NCBI GenBank assembly: GCA_964016885.1
Contig: OZ024743.1
Span: 343,604,001-343,668,000 of the forward strand
From: Eledone cirrhosa
Lineage: Eukaryota
Direction of reading: 5' to 3'
Length of the DNA: 64,000 nt
In this document: one piece after another, positions 12,760 to 25,959 of the stretch
Layout: every line of letters begins with the position of its first letter
How positions within the stretch are numbered: the first letter of the stretch is position 1
The notes under the pieces: generated by a model
What the model was told of the DNA's origin: nothing
Databases searched by the model: none
Seen by the model: only the letters and a program-made list of their open reading frames with translations
Position numbers and translations under genes: made by a program

Positions 12760-13510
12760 ATAATTAAGCTAGAAGAAAGAGCATTTTGATTGGTTGATAC
12801 AGGGTTTTGAATAGTTTACTCACAACCTTTGCAGGTTCTCCTTCCAGACCGGCCAAATCAACACAGTTGATGTAAAGTGGGAACATCTGTAAATCAATGT
12901 CTGCAGAAAAAAAAACAGGTGGAGAAGGGGATTCCAGAGAGTTGATAATCTGAAGAGAAAGGCTTCAGGACAATGTGGGCTGTGTGAATCCTGGGGTTGA
13001 GACATTAGGGGTGATATAATTAGGAAGAGGATAACTGGTGGGAGTTACTTGTTGGAGGAGGTATGTAGCTATTAAAATTAGAAGATTAGATACCACAGAA
13101 GGATCAATTGAAGAGACAGCACATCTGCTGGCCAGAGTTTGTTATAACGTGTCTTCGCTACTTAGTTGGAATACCTTCCTTCTTATAATGCATAAGCTAT
13201 TTGTATGTAGCAGCAACAACAGAACTGTCACTAGATATAGGAACAATACAAAGACTTAGAAGAGGAAGAACCCTATGAGTATATTCACCAATTGATTAGG
13301 AGTGAAGAATTTAAGACCCTGAAGCCGGAGGCAGCTTTAACTCTGGTGTATATGGGTAGTCAGCAGGAACTGTTGAGTTGATAAATAAGGGAAGTAACTT
13401 AGAAAGCTAATTCTAGATAGTTGTCCTTACTAATATAGCTATCCAGTTGAAAAGGATATAAAAGGGCAGAAGAAGGGGACTGTTAATTTGCAAATCTTTC
13501 CAATTCTATG
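12760..13510 (-). mobile_element. Old degraded LINE 3' fragment (L2/CR1-like)
   Basis: Decayed coding-like sequence with LINE C-terminal flavour; no intact motif; clade uncertain. Confidence 0.3.
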
Positions 13511-14789
13511 CAAGAATTATTATTAGTTCACAGCTTATTAATGATTCCCTTCAATTATAATCAGCCCATGTGAATTGAATGCAGTTTACTCACTGGATAT
13601 ATAAAAGAAATGATCAGAGATTGTAAAGGGTTTTATTTGCATGTTGTAGACAACTAGAGAGGATGAGTTACAGAATATTAACATAAAAGTTAGGTCAGAT
13701 AGATTTAATGACATAAATCCAAAGTATGTATTAACTTGCAAAACTTTAACTGTTGAAAACAATGTGACACCACTGTCACCATCAGGAACAGTGAAAGGTG
13801 AAGAAGTTAAAGTTACTTTACGATGGACTAAAACTACAGCTTTCAATACTTGGAAAGTGTAGGGAACGCCGTCGAATTTTTAATGCAATTTTCTAAAATC
13901 CTCCCAACCTTTGGTGAACAATCCACTTTTGCTCTTATTTCTATGACCAATATAAGAACCTCTGCATTTATTGCGCCCTCACCTCCAAAACACTATGTGT
14001 CAGTCCCTTTTTAATAACCTCACAGACTCTATAGACATTGCCTAATGAATTAACTTCATACATAACTGCATGTTGCTCTCACTCTTTCCCTTCATATTGC
14101 ATCATCACCTTCACTCAATGCAAACACATTCTATCTTATCACCCTAAACATTCTATCTTATCACCCTAAATGTTTATCACAATAAACATTTATTAATCAC
14201 TTTTGTATCTACTTTTCCAAGATGGGGTGGGTTGTACAAGACCTTTTTGAAGCAGTATTCTATGACCAGATGCCCTTCCTGATACCAACCATTACTTGTT
14301 TTTAAAAAGTGCTAAGGATCATACTGCTGAACTATGAGATATAATACTTATGCAGGACATAAATATTATATCCATAGACATGTGTTCAAGGAGTCACACA
14401 GTGGGATGAAACCTGTAACCACATTACTACAAAACTAACTTCTTAACCATAGAACTATGCCAATCCTTTTTCTTCTACAAAATTTTAACCATCTTGCATT
14501 ACCCTTAATCCAATGTCTTCCAACTGTTACTACACAATTATTGATCATATTGATTCAAATGAACATTAACTACACTCACTATATATACACTGCTATTACG
14601 ATTTCCAGAATATGAGCAATCTAGAGGTCATGTTGTAGTCACCTTCACTAGTCACAATCAGTATTTCATCCAAGGAACTAATACATGATCAAAGTATTTC
14701 CCTTCCTTTATTTACTATTGACACAAAGTGGACAGCTGGTTAAGGAATTTGCTTCATAATCATTAGGTCCTGAGTTCAATCTTATTGTG

Positions 14790-15533
14790 ACATCTTTCTA
14801 ATGAGACAACTACAGGAGAGGTACATAGCTAAGAGTAAGCAATTGTATCTAGCATTTGTGAATCTGGAGAAGGTCATTGACAGGGTCCCATGCTCCATAA
14901 TCTGGTGGGCACGGATGAATGGCTTATGAGGGTCATGCAGGCCATGTATAGAAGAGCAACCAACAGGGTGAGTGTTGGCAATGAGCACTGATGAATTTGA
15001 ATTGCAGGTGGGGTCCACTAGGGATCAGTCCTCGGTTCACTCCTGTTTATCATTGTCCTCCAGGCTATCACTGAGGAGTTCAAAACTGGTACACTATGGG
15101 AGCTCCTATCTACTGATGACCTAGTCCTCATAGCTGAATCTGGGCAGAAATTCCATAAGGTGCAGTGTAATTTATGGATGCACAAGATGTAGTGGGATTG
15201 CAGGTAGGCTAACGGAAAAGACAAACTTAATATGCAGGAGAAATGAGCACAAAGAGCACACATGTAATAGATTCCTTCAGCTGCCAAGAGTGCTCTCTAG
15301 AAGTTGTTGACAGTTTTCGTTACCTATGCAATCAAAAATTAGCAGTGGGCGAGGATGTGCTGAAAGTGTGATAGCTAGGGTAAGAACAGGCTAGAAGTTT
15401 AAACATCTATTACTGCTGCTGACAACAAAATGCTTTTCTTTCAGAGTGAAGAATAGACTACGATGCCTGTGTGCGAACAGCAAGGCTACATAGCAGTGAA
15501 ACATGAGCCCTAACTGCAGAAGACATGCAGAGG
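14790..15533 (+). mobile_element. Old degraded RTE RT fragment, cut at the duplication junction
   Basis: Remnants of LYLAFVNLEK, GVHxGSVL and WELLSTDD with stops. Confidence 0.8.
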
Positions 15534-15687
15534 TGAGTCAGCAGGAACTGTTGAGTTGATAAATAAGGGAAGTAACTTGGAAAGTTAATTCTAGATAGTT
15601 ACGCTTACTAATGTAGCTCTCCAGTTGAAAAGGATATAAAAGGGCAGAAGAAGGGGACTTAATTTGTAAATCTTTGCAATTCTATGC

Positions 15688-16910
15688 TGATGCTGTATGC
15701 TGATGACCTCGCACTCATAGCTGAATCTATGATAGAACTAGAGAATAAATTCCAAACTTGGAAGCAGGGACTAGAAAGAAAGGGTCTCAAAGTCAACATG
15801 ACAAAGACTAAGGTCCTTGTAAGTAGACGAGAAAACAAAACCCAGATCCCCTCAGGGAAATGGCCTTGCTCAGTATGTAGGAAAGGTGTAGGTAGGAACT
15901 CCATTCTCTGTCCCAAATGCAAACAATGGGTACACAAGAGATGTAGCGGGATCTCAGGAAGCTTAATTAAGAATGTAGGCTTCACATGCAGCAGCTGTGC
16001 TGAGACAGCAAGCAGCAAACAGCCACAGGAAACAAGTACCACCAATCTCTGGGAGGGCTCTGTAGAAACAGTAGCGGAGGTGGGTGATCAGAAAGTATAA
16101 TAACTAGGGTAAGAACGGGATGGAAGAAGTTTAGCGAACTACTACCACTGCTAGCTGCAAAAGGCTTCTCCCTCAGAATGAAAGGCAGACTGTATGATGC
16201 GTGTATCCGAACAGCATGTTGCATGGTAGTGAAACCTGGGCGCTGAAGGTGGAAGACTTACGTAGATTAGAGAGAAACGAAGCCTGCATGCTCCGATGGA
16301 TGTGTAACAGTAATATACGTGAACGACAAAGGATAAATGAATTGAGAGAGAGACTGAGCATAAGAGGAATCAAATGCTGTGTGCAGGAGAGGCGGTTGCG
16401 CTGGTATGGACATGTGATGCGTATGAAGGATGACAGCTGCATAAAAAGGTGCAGAGCACTAGAAGTTGATGGAAACCGCGGAGTGGGGAGACCCAAGATG
16501 ACCTGGGATGAGGTGATAAAAGCCGACCTTACCCAATTACACCTCTCAAAGGCAATGACACACGACCGTGACCTCTGGCGTCACGCAGTAATACAGAGTA
16601 ACCGACCTCCCATGGGTACAAGCTGAAGCATATAGACAATATGCCCCCACCGCAAGGTGGTCGTGGAGGTGCCACGGGAAAAAAGCACCCAGCCCACACT
16701 GTAAAGTGGACGTGTAGGCGCCACGAAAAAGCACCCAGCACTCACTGTAAATGAGGTTGGTGTTAGGAAGGGCATCCAGCTGTAGAAATCAAGCCAAATC
16801 AGTTCCTGTATGAGCAGGGCATGGTCAGCCGACCAGACACTGCCCACAACAGGACAACCCGTCTAACCCATGCTAGCATGGAAGAACGGATGTAAAATGA
16901 TGATGATGAT
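15688..16910 (+). mobile_element. 5'-truncated RTE LINE, same subfamily as 631-3718, frameshifted
   Basis: Begins at LYADD, near-identical to 2445-3715, small deletions near 16072, (TGA)n tail. Confidence 0.95.
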
Positions 16911-18186
16911 GAATTATTATTAGTTCACAGCTTATTAATGATTCCCTTCAATTATAATCAGCCCATGTGAATTGAATGCAGTTTACTCACTGGATATATA
17001 AAAGAAATGATCAGAGATTATAAAGTGTTTTATTTGCATGTTGTAGACAACTAGAGAGGATGAGTTACAGAATATTAAAATAAAAGTTAGGTCAGATAGA
17101 TTTAATGACATAAATCCAAAGTATGTATTAACTTGCAAAACTTTAACTGTTGAAAACAATGTGACACCACTGTCACCATCAGGAACAGTGAAAGGTGAAG
17201 AAGTTAAAGTTACTTTACGATGGACTAAAACTACAGCTTTCAATACTTGGAAAGTGTAGGGAACGCCGTCGAATTTTTAATGCAATTTTCTAAAATCCTC
17301 CCAACCTTTGGTGAACAATCCACTTTTGCTCTTATTTCTATGACCAATATAAGAACCTCTGCATTTATTGCGCCCTCACCTCCAAAACACTATGTGTCAG
17401 TCCCTTTTTAATAACCTCACAGACTCTATAGACATTGCCTAATGAATTAACTTCATACATAACTGCATGTTGCTCTCACTCTTTCCCTTCATATTGCATC
17501 ATCACCTTCACTCAATGCAAACACATTCTATCTTATCACCCTAAACATTCTATCTTATCACCCTAAATGTTTATCACAATAAACATTTATTAATCACTTT
17601 TGTATCTACTTTTCCAAGATGGGGTGGGTTGTACAAGACCTTTTTGAAGCAGTATTCTATGACCAGATGCCCTTCCTGATACCAACCATTACTTGTTTTT
17701 AAAAAGTGCTAAGGATCATACTGCTGAACTATGAGATATAATACTTATGCAGGACATAAATATTATATCCATAGACATGTGTTCAAGGAGTCACACAGTG
17801 GGATGAAACCTGTAACCACATTACTACAAAACTAACTTCTTAACCATAGAACTATGCCAATCCTTTTTCTTCTACAAAATTTTAACCATCTTGCATTACC
17901 CTTAATCCAATGTCTTCCAACTGTTACTACACAATTATTGATCATATTGATTCAAATGAACATTAACTACACTCACTATATATACACTGCTATTACGATT
18001 TCCAGAATATGAGCAATCTAGAGGTCATGTTGTAGTCACCTTCACTAGTCACAATCAGTATTTCATCCAAGGAACTAATACATGATCAAAGTATTTCCCT
18101 TCCTTTATTTACTATTGACACAAAGTGGACAGCTGGTTAAGGAATTTGCTTCATAATCATTAGGTCCTGAGTTCAATCTTATTGTG

Positions 18187-20075
18187 ACATCTTTCTAATG
18201 AGACAACTACAGGAGAGGTACATAGCTAAGAGTAAGCAATTGTATCTAGCATTTGTGAATCTGGAGAAGGTCATTGACAGGGTCCCATGCTCCATAATCT
18301 GGTGGGCACGGATGAATGGCTTATGAGGGTCATGCAGGCCATGTATAGAAGAGCAACCAACAGGGTGAGTGTTGGCAATGAGCACTGATGAATTTGAATT
18401 GCAGGTGGGGTCCACTAGGGATCAGTCCTCGGTTCACTCCTGTTTATCATTGTCCTCCAGGCTATCACTGAGGAGTTCAAAACTGGTACACTATGGGAGC
18501 TCCTATCTACTGATGACCTAGTCCTCATAGCTGAATCTGGGCAGAAATTCCATAAGGTGCAGTGTAATTTATGGATGCACAAGATGTAGTGGGATTGCAG
18601 GTAGGCTAACGGAAAAGACAAACTTAATATGCAGGAGAAATGAGCACAAAGAGCACACATGTAATAGATTCCTTCAGCTGCCAAGAGTGCTCTCTAGAAG
18701 TTGTTGACAGTTTTCGTTACCTATGCAATCAAAAATTAGCAGTGGGCGAGGATGTGCTGAAAGTGTGATAGCTAGGGTAAGAACAGGCTAGAAGTTTAAA
18801 CATCTATTACTGCTGCTGACAACAAAATGCTTTTCTTTCAGAGTGAAGAATAGACTACGATGCCTGTGTGCGAACAGCAAGGCTACATAGCAGTGAAACA
18901 TGAGCCCTAACTGCAGAAGACATGCAGAGGCTAGAAAAAAATGAGTCAAATATGCTCCAATGGATGAGTAATGCTAATCTGCATAAGCGACCTAGCATAA
19001 GCAAGCTAAGGGAAAAACTTTGCAAACTGCATTAGTATGGACATGTGATGCAGATAGAAGATGACAGCTGCATAAAGAAATGCAGAGAAACCCCAGTGGC
19101 TGGGATTTGTGCAAGAGGCTGACCGTAAAAATCTAAACCTCACAACAGAAATGACTAAGAACCACGAGGGTTGGTGCTATGATGAAGAAGACCTAACCTA
19201 CAACATGCAACGTGGCCTGACCTATCCCCATAACCCCCTTCCTTCCACTAGCAGCTATTCTCAACATCACTACACCACACATTCCCATGCTCTCCGCCCC
19301 AGCTGCTGCCCCTTTGAGTCACTAGGACTCACTTGCTATCATACCCTAGTATCCACTCTCCTCACTCTTATATGACCCACCCATGTTCCCTCCACTAGCA
19401 CCCCTAGCAGCTATTCTCACCCTCACTCCATGCGCCCTCCTGTATTCATCCCTCAACTGCTCTCCCCACCCCCTAAAACTCGTTGATACCCTCACTATAG
19501 CACCCTAGTAGCTACTCCCTGTACTCCATCAAGCCCCCTCCACTACACCTCCTATTTCCAGCCGTTTTCTCAACATGAGCGGGAGAAAACAGAGGGGGAG
19601 GATAGAGAGGACACTTTAGTTATGCAACGGCATGGCTAAACTCGTGTTGATGACCTACATAAGAAACACCCAGTACACACTGTAAAGTGGTTGGTGATAG
19701 GAAGGGCATCCAGCCATAAAAAGCTTGCCAAACAATGGATTGAGAGGAGCCTTCAGTCATGTTAAGGACACGGCAGACTCCCTAGTGTTGGCGATCTACA
19801 CAATAAATGCACCCAGTACTCACTGTAAAGTGGTTGCTGATAGAAAGGGCGTCTAGCTGTAGAAAGCTTGCCAAATAAAGGGTTAAGTGGACTTAGTTGT
19901 ATCAAAGACATTACAACCTTTCCTGTGCACTTGGTAGAATGTGAAACTGTATATAAGTGAGATGCAGACCCTGGCCTGTGAGGGAGATCAGCAACCCTGC
20001 TTCAGTACTGACTTGATCTATGTAGACCTGCCAACCCTTGCTAGCAGGGAAAGCAGACGTTAAAACCCTGATGAA
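18187..20075 (+). mobile_element. Old degraded RTE with long 3' UTR
   Basis: Continues past the duplication end with YGHVM remnant and cactgtaaagtggttggtgataggaagggcatcc tail motifs. Confidence 0.7.
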
Positions 20076-20487
20076 TGTGACTGGTGGAAAGGAGGAGAAA
20101 ACTATCCTCAAACCAGAGATCTGGTTCAAATGTTTGATGATGGTGGAGGTTTAAAACTTGGCGACACATTAAGTCTAACACCAAAGCAAAGACAGCAGGA
20201 TTTGAACACACTGCAAAGAGCCAAATAAATACCACAGAACATCTTGTTTGCGCTCAAACGACTGTGTCAATTTGCCACATGCACGTGCATATGAGAGAGG
20301 GTCTAACCATTATCAGTTTTGTTCTTAATGATGGCATAGCTTCATTAGGTTTGGAGATGTGGTACTCTCTCCCTAAGCCTTGTCTTACACCATCACAACA
20401 ATAGAAACAATGTTCTTAAACATGACTCATTTAGGCTGGAGTACTTTACTAAGCTATAAAAACAATTCTGGTATTAATAATAATAAT

Positions 20488-20669
20488 AATTGTTTCTACG
20501 TTCGGCACAAGGCCAGCAATTACCCAGTGCATTACTGGTACTTTATTTTATCGACCCCGTAAGGATGAAAGGCAAAGTTAACCTCGGCGGGATTTGAACT
20601 CAGAATGGATTTGAACTCTATACGTCAACGCATGGCGTCCGACCCTCTACTGATACTGCCAATCCACCG
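20488..20669 (-). mobile_element. Nin-like tRNA SINE
   Basis: Near-identical reverse complement of 22479-22668. Confidence 0.9.
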
Positions 20670-22478
20670 AATAAAAAACATCGCTCTCTCCTCACTTCTA
20701 TTTTAGTTCTCTACAGTCAGTACTTAACTATTGCTAGAATGTCAACATAGTTTCTCAAAGCAGGTTCTACTTAATAACATTTAAGCAATATATATATATT
20801 AATAGAGAGAGAGAGAGAGGTAGAACACTGGAAGGTAATATCCGTAGTGGTAGAAGTAGTAACAGTTAGCTCACCATACCTAAGAGCATTTGTTTCACCT
20901 TATGCGGATCTTCAGCTCGGACTGAAGATCTGCATAAGGTGAACTAACTGTTGTTGTTACTACTTCTATATATCTAAATAAATTCACTTTTGTTTCATTT
21001 AATATCTTGGAGACGACTTAGTCGGACTTAAATACATCGTATTTTTCTGTGTCGAAGAGGCGACTAAAAGGATTGGTGCCAGGAGGGAAATCCGAATCAA
21101 GGTATTGGGACTGTTCAGTTGATCCCTGCTTTAGAGGGGAAAATTGTCTTAAAACACTTGTTGGTTGTTGTATGTAATACCTTACTGAAATTATGATGGA
21201 GATTGTCCATAAAATGTAGGAATGGGTTCCATGATTTTTGGAAAATCGTAATTTGTTTTCACGACAAACTAAGTAAAAACAGCGCTATGTGTGTGTTAAA
21301 ATACATACACGCGCGCTCGGGTGGAGTAAAATCATAGGTTTATAGAAATTAATGAAAAAAAGATACGGTGTTTCTGCTTTTCTCCAAGATCATTTAAATT
21401 AAACTTGGGCATGAAAGGGCCAAAAATTAATTAAGACACAACACCACATAGTCAACACGGCAACTATCTGTCACAACAATTGATTATAATAAATTAAATG
21501 ATGACACTCAATAGTAGATACATGGGATGGAGAGGGGATAGAAAAACCTAGAAAAAAGAGATAATGAGAAGGCGAAAGTCGAACTAGCTTCGTACAAAAC
21601 CATGTAAATATTGCTAAAATATTGTGATAGTGGCGGTGGTGGTAGTAGTAGTAGCAATGTTGGTACATCTTTATATATTTTTAAACAAAAACCGGTTTTC
21701 AATTTTACACCAAAATTCCAGCACTAAAACGTAGTTGCTTCTAGACGACCGCTCGACATACTAGAAATAGTAGCCAAACTTTCATCAGATCAAATAATGT
21801 CTTTAAATGAAAAAATACAAAAACAAAACGAAAAGACGCAGATATTGTAGACATAGAAGGCTCTAGATTAGAATTCACCTGAGGATAAATAGCTACTAAC
21901 ATTAAAGTGTACCGTTACACAAAAACAAAAACATGGGTAAGTTCATAGAACATTGGATTGAGCACCCCGTTTTTCTTTTCGTGCGCTATGAACTAATCTA
22001 ACCTCCAAGATTCTGGTAAACTTTTCCCCAGGAGAACCGGAGAACAGAGGGGTGGTGTGGATTCCCTTCTTTCGAGATTTCTCTCCATTTTTTTTTTTTT
22101 TTCGCGTGTTAACAACGAATAAAACTTCCAAACCAGACGGAAACGACTAGATTTGTAGAAGAAATAGGGTGAAAGGAAGCAAAAAGACCACCAGAGTCTC
22201 ACAGATCGACACACCACACATTTGGTGGGAAATAATTATCTTTCCTTGTTCGTTTTTTTTTTCTGGAACTCTTAGATGCTTGCAATCGACTTTTTCCCGG
22301 AAAACAGAAACCCTAACTCTAAACCTAATCAGGGGAAAAAAAGTGTATTATAAGCATCTAAAGATAATTATTTCCCACCAAACATGAGGTTTGTCGACCT
22401 ACGAAACTCCGATGGCATTTTCGCCTCTTTCACCCCCTTTTCTACAAATATAGTCGGGAGGCATTATTGATTTATAAT

Positions 22479-22668
22479 GGCGGTGGATTGGCAGTATCGG
22501 TAGAGGGTCGGACGCCATGCTTTCCAGCATAGTTACGTTCCTTTACGATCTGAGTTCAAATCCCGCCGAGGTTAACTTTGCCTTTCATCCTTACGGGGTC
22601 GATAAAATAAAGTACCAGTAATGCACTGAGTAATTGCTGGCCTTGTGCCTAAAGTAGAAACAATTATT
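22479..22668 (+). mobile_element. Full-length Nin-like tRNA SINE with TSD
   Basis: A box tggcagtatcgg, B box gagttcaaatccc; TSD attgatttataa/attggtttataa. Confidence 0.9.
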
Positions 22669-24149
22669 GGTTTATAAGACGCGAAAGAAAAAAAAAAAAA
22701 GATTGCCAGTATCTTAGAGATTAGATGAGTTGATAGCACTCGAAAGAAACCGAGAAAATTTTTTTCCCCACTGAAATCGAATGGGGTGTTAAATTTCATT
22801 ATAATAATTTTCTACTTTTGGCACATGCCTAATAATTATCTCAGTGCATTACTGGTACTTTATTTTATCGACCCCGTAAGCAAAATTAAAAGAGGACTAT
22901 GTGTGTATTCTGTGCGAGCAAACAGATGATTCAAGCTTCGACATTCTCGGTATTTTCTTTCTTATTGAAGTGTCTATATGATTACATTACATAACAAGGG
23001 GGACTTGGCTGCTATTTCTAGTAGATCGACTGAGCACAGGCACACTATAATGGCTGACATCTATTTGTTAAAATGTTTTTTTTTTCATATTTGGGCAAGA
23101 AAACAAAAACAAAAAAAAACAAACTTATTTTACTAGAGTTTGTCTACAGGTAACGATAGGTATTAAGGTATTTTTACAACGGGGTAGGTGAACCTAAAGA
23201 CTAATAAATCGGTGACCACAGTTCAGTATATAGAGCTGTCATTAGTTTAACCCTACAACCTGGCCCTTAGATGTCGTTAGCGAGCATGAATTCGGGCAAG
23301 ATAATCTATGTCTATATTGAAGACTCCTTCATTCACTCTTCGAAGCCCCCCAAAAGAGTTTATATATATATAGTATGGTAAAAATATCCAAGGTGTAGAG
23401 CACTCAGTCCATGGGACGAGTTTTAATATATTATTAAATTCAAAACACTGCAAGTTGAATAAATATAGTTCGCTCAACGAAACGCATGTCCCCGTATTGT
23501 CTTCATTGTAGTATTGCATTTAATAATAATATATATATATTCCAGCGGATGAGCTCTTGCCGTTTCGACAGCAAATTCCAGACTGGAATTTGCGTCGAAA
23601 CAGCAAGAGCTCAGTCGTCGGGCCTTGATTCTCTACAATAATTACACTACTATCCCAAGTATTGAGTACTCTGCTAAATAATGGTCTTACTAATTTAAAA
23701 CTGGTAAAATCCTGATATATATATCTCTCTCTCTAGAGAGAGAGAGACGGGAGGGTTACTGACTGTACTATATCAAATAAATAATTCACACGCATTGAGT
23801 CCTCTTTATTTTGTTCGCGATCTTATATATGTTTCATACACAGTGAATTCTTAGCAGTGGAAAAAAAACTAGGTTAACAACAATAACAGGTGCCCGTTGT
23901 TGACAAAACAGGTCGAGTTGATAGGAGACAAAAGCAAACAAACAAGCCCAAAAATTATAAATAGAATATTGCGTAAACAATACATCATTAACACATTTTA
24001 TATTTTCCTATAAAAAAAATGGGTGAAAAAAATATACATACACGATATATGTGTGTATGTATATATGTATAGGTTATATTTAATTTGTTGAGATACAAGC
24101 AAACTATTTTTATAACTAATATAAAGCACTCAACAAACTATTGGAGTAA

Positions 24150-24551
24150 ATATACAATATATTAACAAATGGAAACTATATTTATAAAACCATATTTATT
24201 TCATTATACATATTTCAAGGGCCACCAAGGCAAACTATGGTGCGCTTTCATCAGATAAAATATAATATAGGTTAGTTTTATAAATAAATATTGACGGGAG
24301 ATTCCAACCAGAATGGTTGCATTTTAAAAATATAATATAGGTTAGTTTTATAAATAAATATTGACAGGAGATTCCAACCAGATTGGTTGCATTTTTTCAG
24401 GGTATGTCAATATTTATTTATAAAACTAACCTATATTATATTTTATCTGATGAAAGCGCACCATAGTTTGCCTTGGTGGCCCTTGAAATATGTATAATGA
24501 AATAAATATGGTTTTATAAATATAGTTTCTATTTGTTAATATATTGTATAT
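24150..24551. repeat. Long inverted repeat (~145-bp arms), Penelope-like pLTR remnant
   Basis: 24150-24295 is the reverse complement of 24406-24551 with one mismatch seen; internal 70-bp tandem duplication; CTGATGA...GAAA in each arm. Confidence 0.9.
24439..24504 (+). ncRNA. Putative type I hammerhead ribozyme (mirror copy 24197-24262 on minus)
   Basis: tattttat-CTGATGA-aagcgcacca...tggtggccctt-GAAA-tatgta-TA-atgaaata; stems I and II can be paired by eye. Confidence 0.55.
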
Positions 24552-24929
24552 ATATAAAGAAGAGAGACGGTTTTAAATGTGCTTTACGTCTGTTTACGAC
24601 TAAATTCGGTGGGTTAGTATAGAGAGAGGATATAATATATACACACAATCTTTCCTACAGAGGAGAGAGATGGGTTTGTCAGTTCCTGACACTGACGAGG
24701 ATAGACGGAAGCAGGGAGTAATGGGACAATATGGGTTCGAGCAAAACATTTAATTCTAATCAATTTTCTATGGGCTGCTTATTTTCTGCAAGCGCAAAAT
24801 TATAGAGACTAGAATGATGCCCTGCTTGTGGCCAACATTGGTGGTCCTCTCGATCTGGACGAGCTCTGCATTTCCATTGCAATCCGAGTGGGAGCCGATG
24901 TTTGTGGGGGGTCTGAAATGTCGCAGTGG

Positions 24930-25430
24930 TAAGTCCCTCGACTCCACAGGCATACATGGTTTGTCCTGCCTCTGAATGCTTCGCCCATCACACTGAGCTA
25001 AACCCGATTATTAAGCGGGACCTACCACGGATAAATACCCCCTCCCAGTTATGGAGCCGGCTGGATTATCCAGAATTTATGGGAAGAGACCAGATAGTCT
25101 TACCCTTTGTCCCTGGGTAAAGAGGCAGATGTCTCGTTTGGGAGTCCACAGTCAGTGACTCTTTTGCTCCCCCCTACATCATGTATGCTGCGGTAAATGT
25201 GAGGGTCACTGCTTCCGTTGCCGAACGGAATAAAATCCTAAAATGTCGATGATTTCGAAGTTCTTGTCATCGTTGGCGGCTCGCCTTACCGAGGTTCCAG
25301 GTGATACCCGGTTGTTTCAGCACCTTAGCCTCGCCCTTACCCGCGGTAATGCTACGAGCGAGTTGGCTTGTCTCAAAATTTTCCATTGACCCTTGTGGTG
25401 TGGGGCCAATTGTCGCACTTGGTGGTGAAT
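24930..25430 (+). mobile_element. CRE-like non-LTR element fragment (restriction-like endonuclease domain)
   Basis: HHTELNPIIKR...EPAGLSRIYGKRPDSLTLCPW across a frameshift. Confidence 0.7.
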
Positions 25431-25959
25431 TGATGGTTGTTTTCATTTGTTAGCTATTTTTCCCTTTCTTTTGCTTTGATCATATAGTTTTGTGCATCAT
25501 ATTTCAGGTTCCTAGCAATAATTAATTGTATTTATAATTTGTGTTTATATTTTTATTCTGTAAGAATTATAAATAATTTGTAATGTTATTTATACCACAC
25601 ACGATATATATATATATATATATACGGTTCAAAGAGACGTAGATACACAAGTGAGAAAAGTATTCTTGTTCTAACTAAAATTAACAATCATTGCAAAAAG
25701 TAAATATTTTCAATTTAACGAACGGACAGTTCTCCCGAACGTGAGTTCGTCACCTGTAGGATGAGTTTCTTTGATTAGTAAAACTTTGAGAATTATCGAA
25801 AACTACGATGGCATCCGATATATTATTAACCCTAGACGCAATTCTTCCTAGCATACCTTTGGTGTGGGTGGGGGTGAATATAAATAAACTGTAAAAACGA
25901 AAGTAAAGAATAAGAGACGGAGTGAGTGGTGAGATATTTGAATAAAATGTAAGTCGTAC

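Larger units (their letters stand above)
13355..18930 (+). repeat. ~2.18-kb tandem duplication (13355-15533 and ~15532-18930), second copy carrying an RTE
   Basis: 13514-15533 matches 16911-18930 at a constant offset of 3397; duplicated ORFs visible in the ORF track. Confidence 0.95.
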
